50,415 nucleotides of DNA, from NCBI GenBank assembly GCA_016935235.1, contig JAFGRJ010000161.1:1-50415 (forward strand). The letters are read 5' to 3'. Numbering within the stretch: the first letter of the stretch is position 1; each line of letters starts with the position of its first letter. Origin of the DNA: Candidatus Cloacimonadota bacterium. GTDB lineage: Bacteria; Cloacimonadota; Cloacimonadia; Cloacimonadales; TCS61. The notes beneath the pieces were generated by a model. The model made no database searches, had not been told where the DNA came from, and saw only the letters and a program-made list of their open reading frames with translations. This document shows positions 9,134-18,892 of the stretch, one piece after another. The position numbers were made by a program, and so were the translations under genes.

Positions 9134-11278
9134 TTATATAATATCAAACGCACAGGATAATTTCAGGAAATAGACAGTTACCTGTTCATGACCGTCAAGG
9201 TCCTGCTCCAACCAATACCTGTTGTCACTTCGGGTAGCCCCCAGATAAACAGCAGTATTGGCATTGGGTTTAAAGGTGAACAGGGGATAAAAGTCAATTC
9301 TACTGCATTCTTCTCCAGTTTCATAGATATCGCTGTCCGTTATCTGGATGATGGTCCTCAGCCAGAAATTACGGTGAAACTGCAATTTTAACTTGCATTC
9401 GTAAGTACGGGCAATGTAGAATTTCCTGGTTTCGTGATATTTCTGTTTGAATTCGAGATCAATATTGCTGGAAGGTCTCAGGTTCAAAGTTGTCTCCAGT
9501 TTCCTGTAATCTCCGGTTTCACCTCTGTATTCACCAAACCAGAGATTTTCCCCATCAACCAGCAGCAAGTTAATACCAATTTCCCGTCTGGGATTATATG
9601 TCAAGGAAAGCCAGGGATAATGAAGATGATAGTCCTTATTTAGATAATTTTCGGTGGTTAATTCCAGACCAGTCCATAATTCCATATTATTCTTGAAGAT
9701 GCATCCTCCCATTCCTTCCCAGTAATTAGTCAGGATCCGATCAAATTTGAAATCGTATTTAACATTCTGCGTGGAGGCAATTTCCAGATAACGGATCAGG
9801 TCTTCATCTGTTGCAGAGTGTATCTGGTATTCAAGACGATTCTCCAGAAAATTCAGATCAGTTTCAGTGATATAACCCAGGTCAGCCCGGAAATTGGTGG
9901 ATAGTCCCTTGGCAAAATTATGGATATACCAGGTACCATCATAATAATTTAATTCCGCTGCATAAGCATAACCTCTCTGCAAGGTGGTAACATCGTCCTC
10001 GCCTATTTCATTTCCGGAAGCAGCCATTTGACTGTAAAAGCTAATCTGGTTATTCAGGCGGAAAAAATTATCGAGATTTATCACCAGGTTATCATATTCC
10101 CCGAATTTCCTCAAAGAACCAGCTAATCTGATTCTGTCGTCTTTCATGCCCAGTTTTCGAGAAAAGCAGATAAATGCAAAAGGAGTATTCTTGTCCCCAT
10201 TAAAGGATGAGGAGAATCGATCTCCGGGTACATCTTTATCCACCGCCACGAGACCGTACAGGGAATACCTGCCCAGAGAACTGGAAATTTTAGCACCCCA
10301 GGCCGGTTCCACAATCTGACGGGTGTACAGGATGTTTATACTCGTTTCATAGGGATTTGCACCTTCAACAAAAAATGGTCTCTTTTCCGGATAATAAATA
10401 TCGTACCGGTTATTAACTTCTACATTGAGAGCATCGGCCTCTATAATATTGAAATCAGGATTTACCGTTACAGTGGCAGAGACCATGGAGCCAGGTTCAA
10501 ACAGAAGGTTGAACTCCGGTTCAATTTCTTCCGTTCTATTCTTAATACCTAGAATATCATTTTTTTCTTCATTGAATCTGCTGATCAGGGAAGGATTAAT
10601 TTTCAAGCTCATACTTGAAGGTAGAATGGCGAATTTCAGAATACCGTAATTATCATAGAAGTTTCCTCTGCCCCGCAGCACGGGAAAAGAGGTTATCTCT
10701 TCACCACGCTCGGGAATATGCCTTTTAATGAAGGTTCCCCAGGTCACACCTTTACCGCTGCGATATTTGATGCTGTTTAATGGTATGGCAAATTCGATCA
10801 GATACCCGAAATCCATTCGGGTTCCGCGGGAATAATAGAAAAGGTCCGGGAGGGTATCGATGTCATCAATCACAATGCCATCTGCCTGTTCCCCGTTTAC
10901 ATTGGCCCCGAAATAATAAGCTTTTTCATTGGAATGAAAAGTATCCAGGAATATGAATACGCGATCGGTGGTCATGATATTGTCACGACTGCAGTGAAAA
11001 TCCCTGATGATTTGCAGATCTTCCGCATAACACTTGACCAGACAGTATATATTATCGAAATCATAACCGATAAAAAATTCCGTCTTCTCCGATGGCGTGG
11101 TGTTGTCGCCCGGTGATGTCTGATAGAATTCCTCAATCATAACAGCGCAATTCCATTCGTTATCTCCAATGACTCCATCAATAATCGGAGCAGATGTTAA
11201 GAATGGCACTTCATATTCCATTTTACCATACAGGATAGAACATAAACTGAAAAACAACAGCCATCCATAACTTCTCAT
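9134..11278 (-). CDS. Secreted or outer-membrane-associated protein, DUF5916 / CBM9-like (tentative)
   Basis: Has the signal peptide MRSYGWLLFFSLCSILYG. The N-terminal 'APIIDGVIGDNEWNCA' resembles the family-9 carbohydrate-binding module that precedes DUF5916 beta-rich domains. The family assignment is from memory and was not searched. Confidence 0.45.
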   Translation of the reverse strand: MRSYGWLLFFSLCSILYGKMEYEVPFLTSAPIIDGVIGDNEWNCAVMIEEFYQTSPGDNTTPSEKTEFFIGYDFDNIYCLVKCYAEDLQIIRDFHCSRDNIMTTDRVFIFLDTFHSNEKAYYFGANVNGEQADGIVIDDIDTLPDLFYYSRGTRMDFGYLIEFAIPLNSIKYRSGKGVTWGTFIKRHIPERGEEITSFPVLRGRGNFYDNYGILKFAILPSSMSLKINPSLISRFNEEKNDILGIKNRTEEIEPEFNLLFEPGSMVSATVTVNPDFNIIEADALNVEVNNRYDIYYPEKRPFFVEGANPYETSINILYTRQIVEPAWGAKISSSLGRYSLYGLVAVDKDVPGDRFSSSFNGDKNTPFAFICFSRKLGMKDDRIRLAGSLRKFGEYDNLVINLDNFFRLNNQISFYSQMAASGNEIGEDDVTTLQRGYAYAAELNYYDGTWYIHNFAKGLSTNFRADLGYITETDLNFLENRLEYQIHSATDEDLIRYLEIASTQNVKYDFKFDRILTNYWEGMGGCIFKNNMELWTGLELTTENYLNKDYHLHYPWLSLTYNPRREIGINLLLVDGENLWFGEYRGETGDYRKLETTLNLRPSSNIDLEFKQKYHETRKFYIARTYECKLKLQFHRNFWLRTIIQITDSDIYETGEECSRIDFYPLFTFKPNANTAVYLGATRSDNRYWLEQDLDGHEQVTVYFLKLSCAFDII

Positions 11279-11358
11279 TCAATCTCCCTGAAACTCCAAT
11301 GCAATCTATATTCTTTTGCAATCCCGCTCAGATTCACGGTGTGATCTGATATTACGGA

Positions 11359-11373
11359 GCAATGTCCGTGCCA
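11359..11373 (-). promoter_or_regulatory. Candidate sigma54 (-24/-12) promoter, TGGCACGgacaTTGC
   Basis: The minus strand reads 5'-TGGCACGGACATTGC-3', an exact match to consensus TGGCACG-N4-TTGC. It lies in the 190-nt gap upstream of the DUF5916-tldD-pmbA string, 81 nt before ATG 11278. Confidence 0.6.
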
Positions 11374-11467
11374 GAGATTTAAATACCAATAATCCAGCAA
11401 ATTATAGTTTTCCAGATTATTTTTTCCTGTTCGTTGGTGCGACAGCAGCGTTCATATGCGAACATTT

Positions 11468-14400
11468 TCATGATTCCCGTTGCAGCTTGATATTAGAAAG
11501 GTCAGTCAGCATTTCGGACGAGAGAAATTCCGGAGTGAAAATCAGGAATAGCGGCTTACTCATGAATTCGGTAGTGCTGGGTAGCGACAATTTATCCATA
11601 ACCCAGAAAGACAGGGTTTTCTTATCTGTACTCGCCTCACATGATCTATGAGGTTCTCTGCTATAAAGCTGTAGCAGCTCCTTTCTATCCATACCTCCGA
11701 AAGCGAAAGAATGCTGCACAAGCCAGACCTCTTCCTGTCCGGCATAGGTATCGGAAATATCGCCCCTGTTGTTTACCGATCGGAAGAATGAGCGTTCCAA
11801 GCTATTTGCACTCCTGATGAAGCCATTAATTTCGAAATTCCAATTTTGCAAACAGGTTCCAGTATTCTGGATTATGCAGTTATCAATCAAGAGAACGGGA
11901 CAGGATGGCATCAGCAGATAAAAGCTTTTCCAGCCAAGTCCTTTATATTTCTTGTGCTCCCTGATGGAAATTTCTATTTCCACTCCCTGCCAGATATTCC
12001 CAAGATTATCAGCAAACTTCACTAATCTGCTTGTAGCTGGTTGTGCATAGAGTGTCTGATAGCGCATTTCCTGGGGAAGGGCAAATATACCGCCACCCCA
12101 TTGATTCCACCAGGATTTGCATATTTTCCGGGGAAAGCTGGTATCCAGCCACTCTTGCTGATGGTATGTCAGAGAAAATATCCCCGGGAGAAAAGCTTCG
12201 GCACACTTTATCCTGATCGTGCCATTATCGACAGCCAGTGTCTTAAAACCTTCCTGATCGGATACTTCCGCCTTTATTTCTCCCCTGCCTATTTTAAATA
12301 TAGCCCTGTTCCTGTATAATTTCTGCAATGCTGTAGATGCCTGCAGATGCAGGATATCAGAGGAACTGGAATTTTTTTCCTTCAGGTTGAGAAATACCTG
12401 TTTTTCATTTTCCTTATCCAGTAGAGAACCTCCCGCATCTGCAAAACTTCCCTTGCTGGATTGGATGCAAAATTCACCTCCGAATTTTCTCTGCCTGTGT
12501 TCAACTACCTGAACAGCCAGATCTCCCTTGATAAAAGGATTCCCTCCATTGATCTTAAACTCAATGCACTGATGCGGTTCACCCTCGCAGACCTTTTCTC
12601 CCCTGAGATAATCCCTGAAATCAAAACAGTTTGTGAATCTATTCAGGAAAAAGAACACTGAGGGTGAGCGATAATTCTCCGGATGCAGGTTTTTATTCAC
12701 TGAATGTTCAAAATACATGGCCCAGTCACCAAACCGGATGCTGTCTGGAGCAGACCAGCTCAAGCCGACACTGATTTTCTTACCGCTTGTGAATAACCAG
12801 TTCTCGCTGATCAGGTTGTAGTCAATATTATCGATATTGACTTGTGTATCTGAGGAAAATTCCATTAATCTATTGTTATAATGAAGAAAGAAGCTGCTTT
12901 TGGAAAAGTTGAAATAGCGACACAACGCTAATTCAGCATCGGTTGCATTCATTGCCATATTTTCTATCTCCTCCCATGTTTCCAGAACTCCATCTGAATA
13001 TAAACGGAAGCACAGGGAGAATTCCACCTGTTGTATTCTTTCCGAATGATAATCCAATTTCAGTAGTACAGCACCTCTTTCTTCGGTAAAGTTGGCTTTA
13101 CTGGCATCAACCTTGCTGAATTCATATGAATAGGGTTTTCCCAACTGGGGTGGTCGAAAATAAACACCCTCTCCCTGCTGATCGTCTTTTACAAAATGAC
13201 CTTCGTTGCAGAAATCACGTTTGTTCAATATTAACTGGTAATCCCCATACCCCAGGACAATCTTTTTCTCACTTTCTCCCCAGTATGGTTGTCCCTTGCC
13301 ATGGATGATGGCAGAGAGAGTCCTGGAAAACCTGATGGTATCTTCACCTTGAACATCCGCTTTGATAACCAGTTCGGTATTGATGATACCGCTTCTGAGA
13401 AACCGAAAGGGAAGCGGGACTGATTTTCTTTCATTCTTTAACAGAGCAACTCCGAAGTCATATTCTGCGAATTCAACCAGTTCCTGTCGGGGCAGGGAAA
13501 AAGCAAATGAGGCATTTTGAGCGAAATTGTTCTCCACATCAAGATAAAGAAGTCCGTTTTCAGAAAGAGGTGTAATTTTTTTCAGACTCCCCTGGCAACT
13601 TAGCGACAGAGGAAAGAGAGGTTCAATGCCAATACCCATGAGAACCTTCCGGTCATTTATCTCGACAGCAGCCTGTACGCGGGGATGTGTCTTCCAGGGA
13701 GATTGCTCATCATCGATCTTATCCAGGAAAAAGGTCGCCGTTATAATCCTGCTTCCTGTTATACTGAATTCCTGCTGGAAAGGGAAACTGATGTTCCTGT
13801 CATCCCTGCCTCTGATACGAAACTTGATGGGAACCTCCATCTTGTTCGTTATCTGAAAATTAACATAATAATGGCGACCAAAGATCAATTTTCGTTTAGC
13901 CACAGCGACGGAAACTGAGAATTCCCTGCACTCGATTCTTCTGATTAAGCGCCCGTAACGGCAGAAATCAACTTCCAGCCTGTTTTCATCTTTCTGCCAG
14001 AGATAACGGTAATACTCCGAATCGTTTTCCCTGATACCATCAGGTTCTATTGCTATTTCCCGGATGCTGTCTTTCTGCCAGTCCATCACCCTGAAATAGT
14101 CTCTGAGTATTTCTGTATTCAGCACCGTGGGAATGAAATCCATCAAATGAGTTGTATCATCCCGGTCTTCCCAGAAAAATCCGCACTTCTTGTACATGGG
14201 CACTGCCTTGGTATTACCGGTCCATGTATAAAGATCAAGACGGGGCCAACCCAGTTCAACCGTGCGCTGCACACATCTCAGGACCAGGGCTTTACCTATC
14301 TTCCTGCCCTGATAGGAAGGCAGAACATTAATTAAATCAATATATAATGCGCCTTCATCTTCCCGATATTCTGATAGCTTACAGTAACCCACGACCATGT

Positions 14401-14578
14401 TGTCATCCAGTGCCAGGTACAGGTTTATATGAGGTGAACTTGCTTCTTCCCGGATCACCTTTTCTGCGGTAATTTCGGTATTGTAACCTCCCCATCCATC
14501 CCCGCTTTGATTCCACATGGCCGCAATAGATGCAGCATATTTCTTTTCATATTCAACAATCTTGATATTATTGTTCAT
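11468..14578 (-). CDS. GNAT N-acetyltransferase domain (about 150 aa) fused to a roughly 880-aa uncharacterized domain
   Basis: The N-terminus carries GNAT motif A, 'YQGRKIGKALVLRCVQ'. I could not assign the remainder to any family I recognise; it has a notable 'SWWNQWGGGIF' segment. An SD-like GGAAG lies before the ATG. Confidence 0.6.
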   Translation of the reverse strand: MNNNIKIVEYEKKYAASIAAMWNQSGDGWGGYNTEITAEKVIREEASSPHINLYLALDDNMVVGYCKLSEYREDEGALYIDLINVLPSYQGRKIGKALVLRCVQRTVELGWPRLDLYTWTGNTKAVPMYKKCGFFWEDRDDTTHLMDFIPTVLNTEILRDYFRVMDWQKDSIREIAIEPDGIRENDSEYYRYLWQKDENRLEVDFCRYGRLIRRIECREFSVSVAVAKRKLIFGRHYYVNFQITNKMEVPIKFRIRGRDDRNISFPFQQEFSITGSRIITATFFLDKIDDEQSPWKTHPRVQAAVEINDRKVLMGIGIEPLFPLSLSCQGSLKKITPLSENGLLYLDVENNFAQNASFAFSLPRQELVEFAEYDFGVALLKNERKSVPLPFRFLRSGIINTELVIKADVQGEDTIRFSRTLSAIIHGKGQPYWGESEKKIVLGYGDYQLILNKRDFCNEGHFVKDDQQGEGVYFRPPQLGKPYSYEFSKVDASKANFTEERGAVLLKLDYHSERIQQVEFSLCFRLYSDGVLETWEEIENMAMNATDAELALCRYFNFSKSSFFLHYNNRLMEFSSDTQVNIDNIDYNLISENWLFTSGKKISVGLSWSAPDSIRFGDWAMYFEHSVNKNLHPENYRSPSVFFFLNRFTNCFDFRDYLRGEKVCEGEPHQCIEFKINGGNPFIKGDLAVQVVEHRQRKFGGEFCIQSSKGSFADAGGSLLDKENEKQVFLNLKEKNSSSSDILHLQASTALQKLYRNRAIFKIGRGEIKAEVSDQEGFKTLAVDNGTIRIKCAEAFLPGIFSLTYHQQEWLDTSFPRKICKSWWNQWGGGIFALPQEMRYQTLYAQPATSRLVKFADNLGNIWQGVEIEISIREHKKYKGLGWKSFYLLMPSCPVLLIDNCIIQNTGTCLQNWNFEINGFIRSANSLERSFFRSVNNRGDISDTYAGQEEVWLVQHSFAFGGMDRKELLQLYSREPHRSCEASTDKKTLSFWVMDKLSLPSTTEFMSKPLFLIFTPEFLSSEMLTDLSNIKLQRES

Positions 14579-14598
14579 TCTTCCTGCCTGGATAAGGT

Positions 14599-15630
14599 TT
14601 ATTTGAGATAATCCACAATAGCCTGCAGCCGTATCTGCCAGATCTCTTCCGTCAGGTAGTTTCTGAAACCCATTTCCTGATTTATCCTGAGCATGGGCCC
14701 ATTGGAAAGGGCATTCTCAGTTCTTACTATCCGTATGTAAGGTTTTTCCAGGATTAATTTCTTGATCATGACAGCTTTCAGCCATCTGCCCAGACCACGA
14801 TTGCGATACCGCTCTGCTACCCCCGTATCATCCTGATTCATCAGATCTCGCCTGTAGCCAGTATAGATCAAGGTGGTGAAACCAGCCAGTTCGCTATTGA
14901 CTTTGTTCCTTGCGACCAGCAACCAGTACTCCCAACCTTTGGCAAGTATGGCTCGAAGTGAATCCCTTAACCATTTTTCACTGATGTTTTCCCACCTGTA
15001 CTCCAGTTCATCCATAGGAACGGAATTCCAGAATTCATTATAAAGTTTCACATAGGCTGCAATCCTGTCCTCAGGATATTCATTCTTCCAGAATTCAAGC
15101 TGGAAATCCCGGTTAGCCTGCCTGCCCCTGGTTATCCAGTTGTCCATAAGTGTATAATCCAGATCAGCAATTTCCAGCTGATTGATATGGTTCGTCTGAC
15201 CTATCTGCGCTCCCATGCGATGGAGAAAAATGGATCCTGCTTTCGGTTTGTTTACTGTCATGAAATCAATTATTTCGATGCCATCATTCTGGATTTTTTC
15301 GACCACATGTTGTAACAATGCTTTGCCTATGCCTTTCTGCCGGTAATTTTTGCCCACCTGGATATTAACATAAGCAATATGCCTGTTTTCACCTTCTTTA
15401 TTGATGAAACAGCAGGCATCCCCCAGAATGTTTCCTTTCACCACTGCCAGCCAACGATACACCTTTTCTGAATCAGATACATTCCTCAAATATCTCACAA
15501 ACTGCTCATAAGTACGCGGCGGATCGTCTGAATAGGTCTCGCTCTGCAGCTCATTGAACAAGTCAAGATACTTCTTCAGTAATTGTTCATCCATAAAATC
15601 AGGATCTACAAGATCAATCGTGTAATTCAT
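14599..15630 (-). CDS. Tandem-GNAT acetyltransferase (two GNAT folds)
   Basis: Two acetyl-CoA-binding motif-A copies are present: 'YRQKGIGKALLQHVV' and 'YRNRGLGRWLKAVMI'. The start overlaps the hflX 3' end by 17 nt, and AGGAAGGAG lies before the ATG. Confidence 0.7.
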   Translation of the reverse strand: MNYTIDLVDPDFMDEQLLKKYLDLFNELQSETYSDDPPRTYEQFVRYLRNVSDSEKVYRWLAVVKGNILGDACCFINKEGENRHIAYVNIQVGKNYRQKGIGKALLQHVVEKIQNDGIEIIDFMTVNKPKAGSIFLHRMGAQIGQTNHINQLEIADLDYTLMDNWITRGRQANRDFQLEFWKNEYPEDRIAAYVKLYNEFWNSVPMDELEYRWENISEKWLRDSLRAILAKGWEYWLLVARNKVNSELAGFTTLIYTGYRRDLMNQDDTGVAERYRNRGLGRWLKAVMIKKLILEKPYIRIVRTENALSNGPMLRINQEMGFRNYLTEEIWQIRLQAIVDYLK

Positions 15631-16900
15631 TCTTTCTCCTTCCTACATCATACCGGGCATATCGATAATGGTCTGCCTGGTGCATTTCCGCTGTTATCAA
15701 AATCCCTTCCTCCCGATATTCTTCCCTTCTGATTCTGCAAATCTGATAAAGCTCGTTAACCAGATTCTGCTTTTCAAATGGGATCAGAAAATTATATACA
15801 GTATATTGATACATACTGTGATTTATTTCCTCATACAACCTTGCCAGATTCGTACCAAGTCGAGCTGATATCAGAATTCCTTCCGGGAAGCCTGCCTGCA
15901 ATGCCATACGCTGAGGTTCGTCCAGCTGGTCGATCTTGTTAAGGAGCAGAATTTTCTTCTGCTTTTCCGCTCCTATCTCCTGCAGCACCCTTTCTACTGC
16001 AGCTATCTGCTCCTTATAACGGGCACTACCAGCATCCACTATATGCAGCAGCAGATCGGCATCCAGAGTTTCCTGTAGAGTGGTATGGAAAGAAGCAATT
16101 AAATGATGTGGCAGATCTGCAATGAATCCGATCGTATCGGACAGAATAACATCCCGCCCTCCTGCCAGTTTCAATTTTCTTGTGGTTGAATCAAGAGTGG
16201 CGAACAATTTGTCCTCAACCAGAACATCAGCTGCCGTCAGGCTGTTGAAGAGCGTCGATTTCCCTGCATTAGTATAACCGATTATACACACTTTCCCAAT
16301 TTGCTGTCTTCTTTTTCTCTGAACGTTTTTCTGGATTTCGATCCTTTTCAACTGGTCTTGCAGATGTAATATTTCCTGTCTGATCTTTCTTTTATCGACT
16401 TCAAGCTGTTTTTCTCCCATGCCTCGGGCAGTTCCACTGCTGCCACTAACCTGACCCCGTTCCCTGTCCAGGTGTGACCACAGTTTCTTCAACCTGGGCA
16501 GCTGATAAACCAGCTCTGCCAATCTTACCTGCACTTTAGCCTCTTTAGTCCGGGCATGGCGGTGAAAGATATCAAGGATTATTTCCGTCCTGTCTGCTAC
16601 CTCAACTTCAAAAAAACTGGTGATGTTCCGCATCTGATTCGGTTGCAGTTCATTGGCAAAAATCAACATATCGATTTTGTCATATCCAGCCAGCACGGCA
16701 TGCAGAAAACCCTTACCGACATAGGTCGCAGCATCGATTTTTCTCCGGTTCTGGATATGATAACCAAGAACAGTTATCCCGGCTGTAGCAGCCAGGCGAG
16801 ACAATTCCTGCAGGGTAGATTCTGTCTTCAACTCATCATCCTGTTTCAGATTGACACCGATCAATACCGCTCGGGGCAGTTCCCGTTTGATTTCTATCAT
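15614..16900 (-). CDS. hflX: GTPase HflX
   Basis: Has the HflX N-terminal domain plus the G1 motif 'GYTNAGKST', 'DTIGF' and 'LLNKID'. The length (428 aa) is typical. Confidence 0.9.
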   Translation of the reverse strand: MIEIKRELPRAVLIGVNLKQDDELKTESTLQELSRLAATAGITVLGYHIQNRRKIDAATYVGKGFLHAVLAGYDKIDMLIFANELQPNQMRNITSFFEVEVADRTEIILDIFHRHARTKEAKVQVRLAELVYQLPRLKKLWSHLDRERGQVSGSSGTARGMGEKQLEVDKRKIRQEILHLQDQLKRIEIQKNVQRKRRQQIGKVCIIGYTNAGKSTLFNSLTAADVLVEDKLFATLDSTTRKLKLAGGRDVILSDTIGFIADLPHHLIASFHTTLQETLDADLLLHIVDAGSARYKEQIAAVERVLQEIGAEKQKKILLLNKIDQLDEPQRMALQAGFPEGILISARLGTNLARLYEEINHSMYQYTVYNFLIPFEKQNLVNELYQICRIRREEYREEGILITAEMHQADHYRYARYDVGRRKNELHD

Positions 16901-16969
16901 CTTTATTCCTTATCTTCACTATCCACAGGTACAGCAAAGGATCATGATCTGATCTAATGAGGCCTGCTT

Positions 16970-18868
16970 TCACTTCTTTATTATTTCTTCTTCACCCATC
17001 AGATATTCCCATTGCTCCATGAGCTGAGTGATCTGATCTTTTACTGTACATTTTCTTTCATACATTTTATTCAAATCTTCATAGTCTGATATTTCCAGCA
17101 TTTTTCTTTCTATTCCTTCCAACTCACTTTCCAGCCACGTTATATTTTCCTCGATGTTCCTGATCTTCTGTTTTAATCTGCGCAATTCCTGTTCATCCTG
17201 ACTCCTGATTATTGGCTTCAATCCTGCATCATCACTCTTATCACTACCGGAGACCTGCGACTTACAAAGTCGGTAATATTCATAATCACCAGGGTATTCC
17301 TGTAATTTACCTTCTTCCAGCTCCAGTATCTTTTCCGACAGTTTATTGATCAGATATCGATCGTGGGATATAAAAAGAACAGTACCCTTGAAATCAGCAA
17401 TCGCCTGTTCCAGCATCTCCCGGGATAAAATATCCAGGTGGTTGGTAGGCTCATCCAGCAGCAGAAAATTTACATTTCCATGCATAAGCAGGCTGAGCTG
17501 GAATCTGACCCGTTCTCCTCCAGAAAGTTCTCTGATCTTCTTGAAAACATCTTCGCCCAAGAACAGGAATCTGGCCAGGATAGAACGGACTTCACCCTGA
17601 GTGACAGGATATTCTGCCAGGAATGAATCCAGCAGTGATAAATTCTCATCCTGAAATTCCACCTCCTGCTGCAGATAACCAATCTTTACCGAAGGTCCGA
17701 TATAGATATCACCCGCATCTGGTTCAATTTCCTGATTGATTATCCTGAATAAAGTGGTTTTACCACAACCGTTCCGACCCAGCAAGACAACTCTCTGCCT
17801 GTAATGAAGGTTCAGGTCAATCGCCCGGAGAACTAGATTTTCACCATAGGATTTCTTTATTTTCTGCAGACGGACGACTATTTTCCCTGATCTCCCAGTA
17901 TTGCTGAAGTCAGCCCTGATCTTCCTGTTCCGGGCTGGTTTTTTTACTTTTTCTAATTCCTCTATCTGCTTCTCACACCTTTTCGCTTTGGCCATATGAG
18001 CTGAATTATCCGAATTGATATTTCCCCATGTGCGATAACGTTCCGCCGCTTCCTTAAGGGATTTGATTCTCTTGGCAGCCTGTTTGAAAATATCCATCTC
18101 TGTCTGGCGCCGGCGTCTGTTTTCCTCAAGATAAAAAGAATAATTTCCGGCAAATTCCTCAATTTCGCCTGCTTTCAGTTCCATGATCCTTGAAACAATC
18201 TGATCCAGAAAATACCGGTCATGAGATATGATGAGAACGCTGCTTTTAGTTTCCTTCAGATAGGATTCCAGCCATTCGATGGACTCCAGATCCAGATGGT
18301 TGGTTGGTTCATCCAGCAACAGCAGGTCAGGTTTCTGCAATAGCATTCTCGCAAGCAGGACTCTGGTCTTCTCGCCACCGCTCAGATCGCTGAACCTGCA
18401 TTCTGACAGGTTATTAATCTTAAGACCTGTACAAATCTTCTCAATTTCCAGATCAACACTGTAACCACCTTTATTCTCAAACTCAAGCTGCAGATCTCCA
18501 TATTTTTTTATGGCTTTATCCAGTTCCTGATCAGACAGCAGATGAAATTTTTTCTCCAGGTCCTTCAGCTTTTGATCAATTTTGTTAAGATGGGTAAAAC
18601 TCTCCCGGAGACATTGCCCTGCTGTTGTATCGCGAGTAAAAACAGGTATCTGATCCAGATAGGCTATTTTAACATCCTGGCGGTAACTGACAGTGCCCGA
18701 ACTGGTCGGTTCTATCCCGGCAATGATACGGAAAAGGGTGGTTTTCCCACTGCCATTAATACCGATAAGACCAGCTTTCTCTCCTTTCTGCACACGCAAT
18801 GACAAACCATTGAGCACATTTGCGCCACCATAATTTTTTGTTATCTCATTCAAACTTACTTCAACCAT
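16970..18868 (-). CDS. ABC-F family ATPase (two NBDs, inter-domain linker, C-terminal coiled coil; Uup-like architecture)
   Basis: Two Walker A motifs ('GINGSGKTT', 'GRNGCGKTT'), two signature motifs ('LSGGEK', 'LSGGER') and no transmembrane segments. The start is set at ATG 18868 (MVEVSLNE), which follows GAGG; the start at 18892 in the ORF track is probably too far upstream. Confidence 0.85.
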   Translation of the reverse strand: MVEVSLNEITKNYGGANVLNGLSLRVQKGEKAGLIGINGSGKTTLFRIIAGIEPTSSGTVSYRQDVKIAYLDQIPVFTRDTTAGQCLRESFTHLNKIDQKLKDLEKKFHLLSDQELDKAIKKYGDLQLEFENKGGYSVDLEIEKICTGLKINNLSECRFSDLSGGEKTRVLLARMLLQKPDLLLLDEPTNHLDLESIEWLESYLKETKSSVLIISHDRYFLDQIVSRIMELKAGEIEEFAGNYSFYLEENRRRRQTEMDIFKQAAKRIKSLKEAAERYRTWGNINSDNSAHMAKAKRCEKQIEELEKVKKPARNRKIRADFSNTGRSGKIVVRLQKIKKSYGENLVLRAIDLNLHYRQRVVLLGRNGCGKTTLFRIINQEIEPDAGDIYIGPSVKIGYLQQEVEFQDENLSLLDSFLAEYPVTQGEVRSILARFLFLGEDVFKKIRELSGGERVRFQLSLLMHGNVNFLLLDEPTNHLDILSREMLEQAIADFKGTVLFISHDRYLINKLSEKILELEEGKLQEYPGDYEYYRLCKSQVSGSDKSDDAGLKPIIRSQDEQELRRLKQKIRNIEENITWLESELEGIERKMLEISDYEDLNKMYERKCTVKDQITQLMEQWEYLMGEEEIIKK

Positions 18869-18892
18869 CGTTACCTCATGAGTAAAACACAA

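Noticed and set aside
11316-11651. 111-aa plus-strand ORF in and around the 11279-11467 gap
   Set aside because: It runs antisense into the 3' end of the GNAT fusion gene. The gap is better explained by the minus-strand sigma54 promoter.
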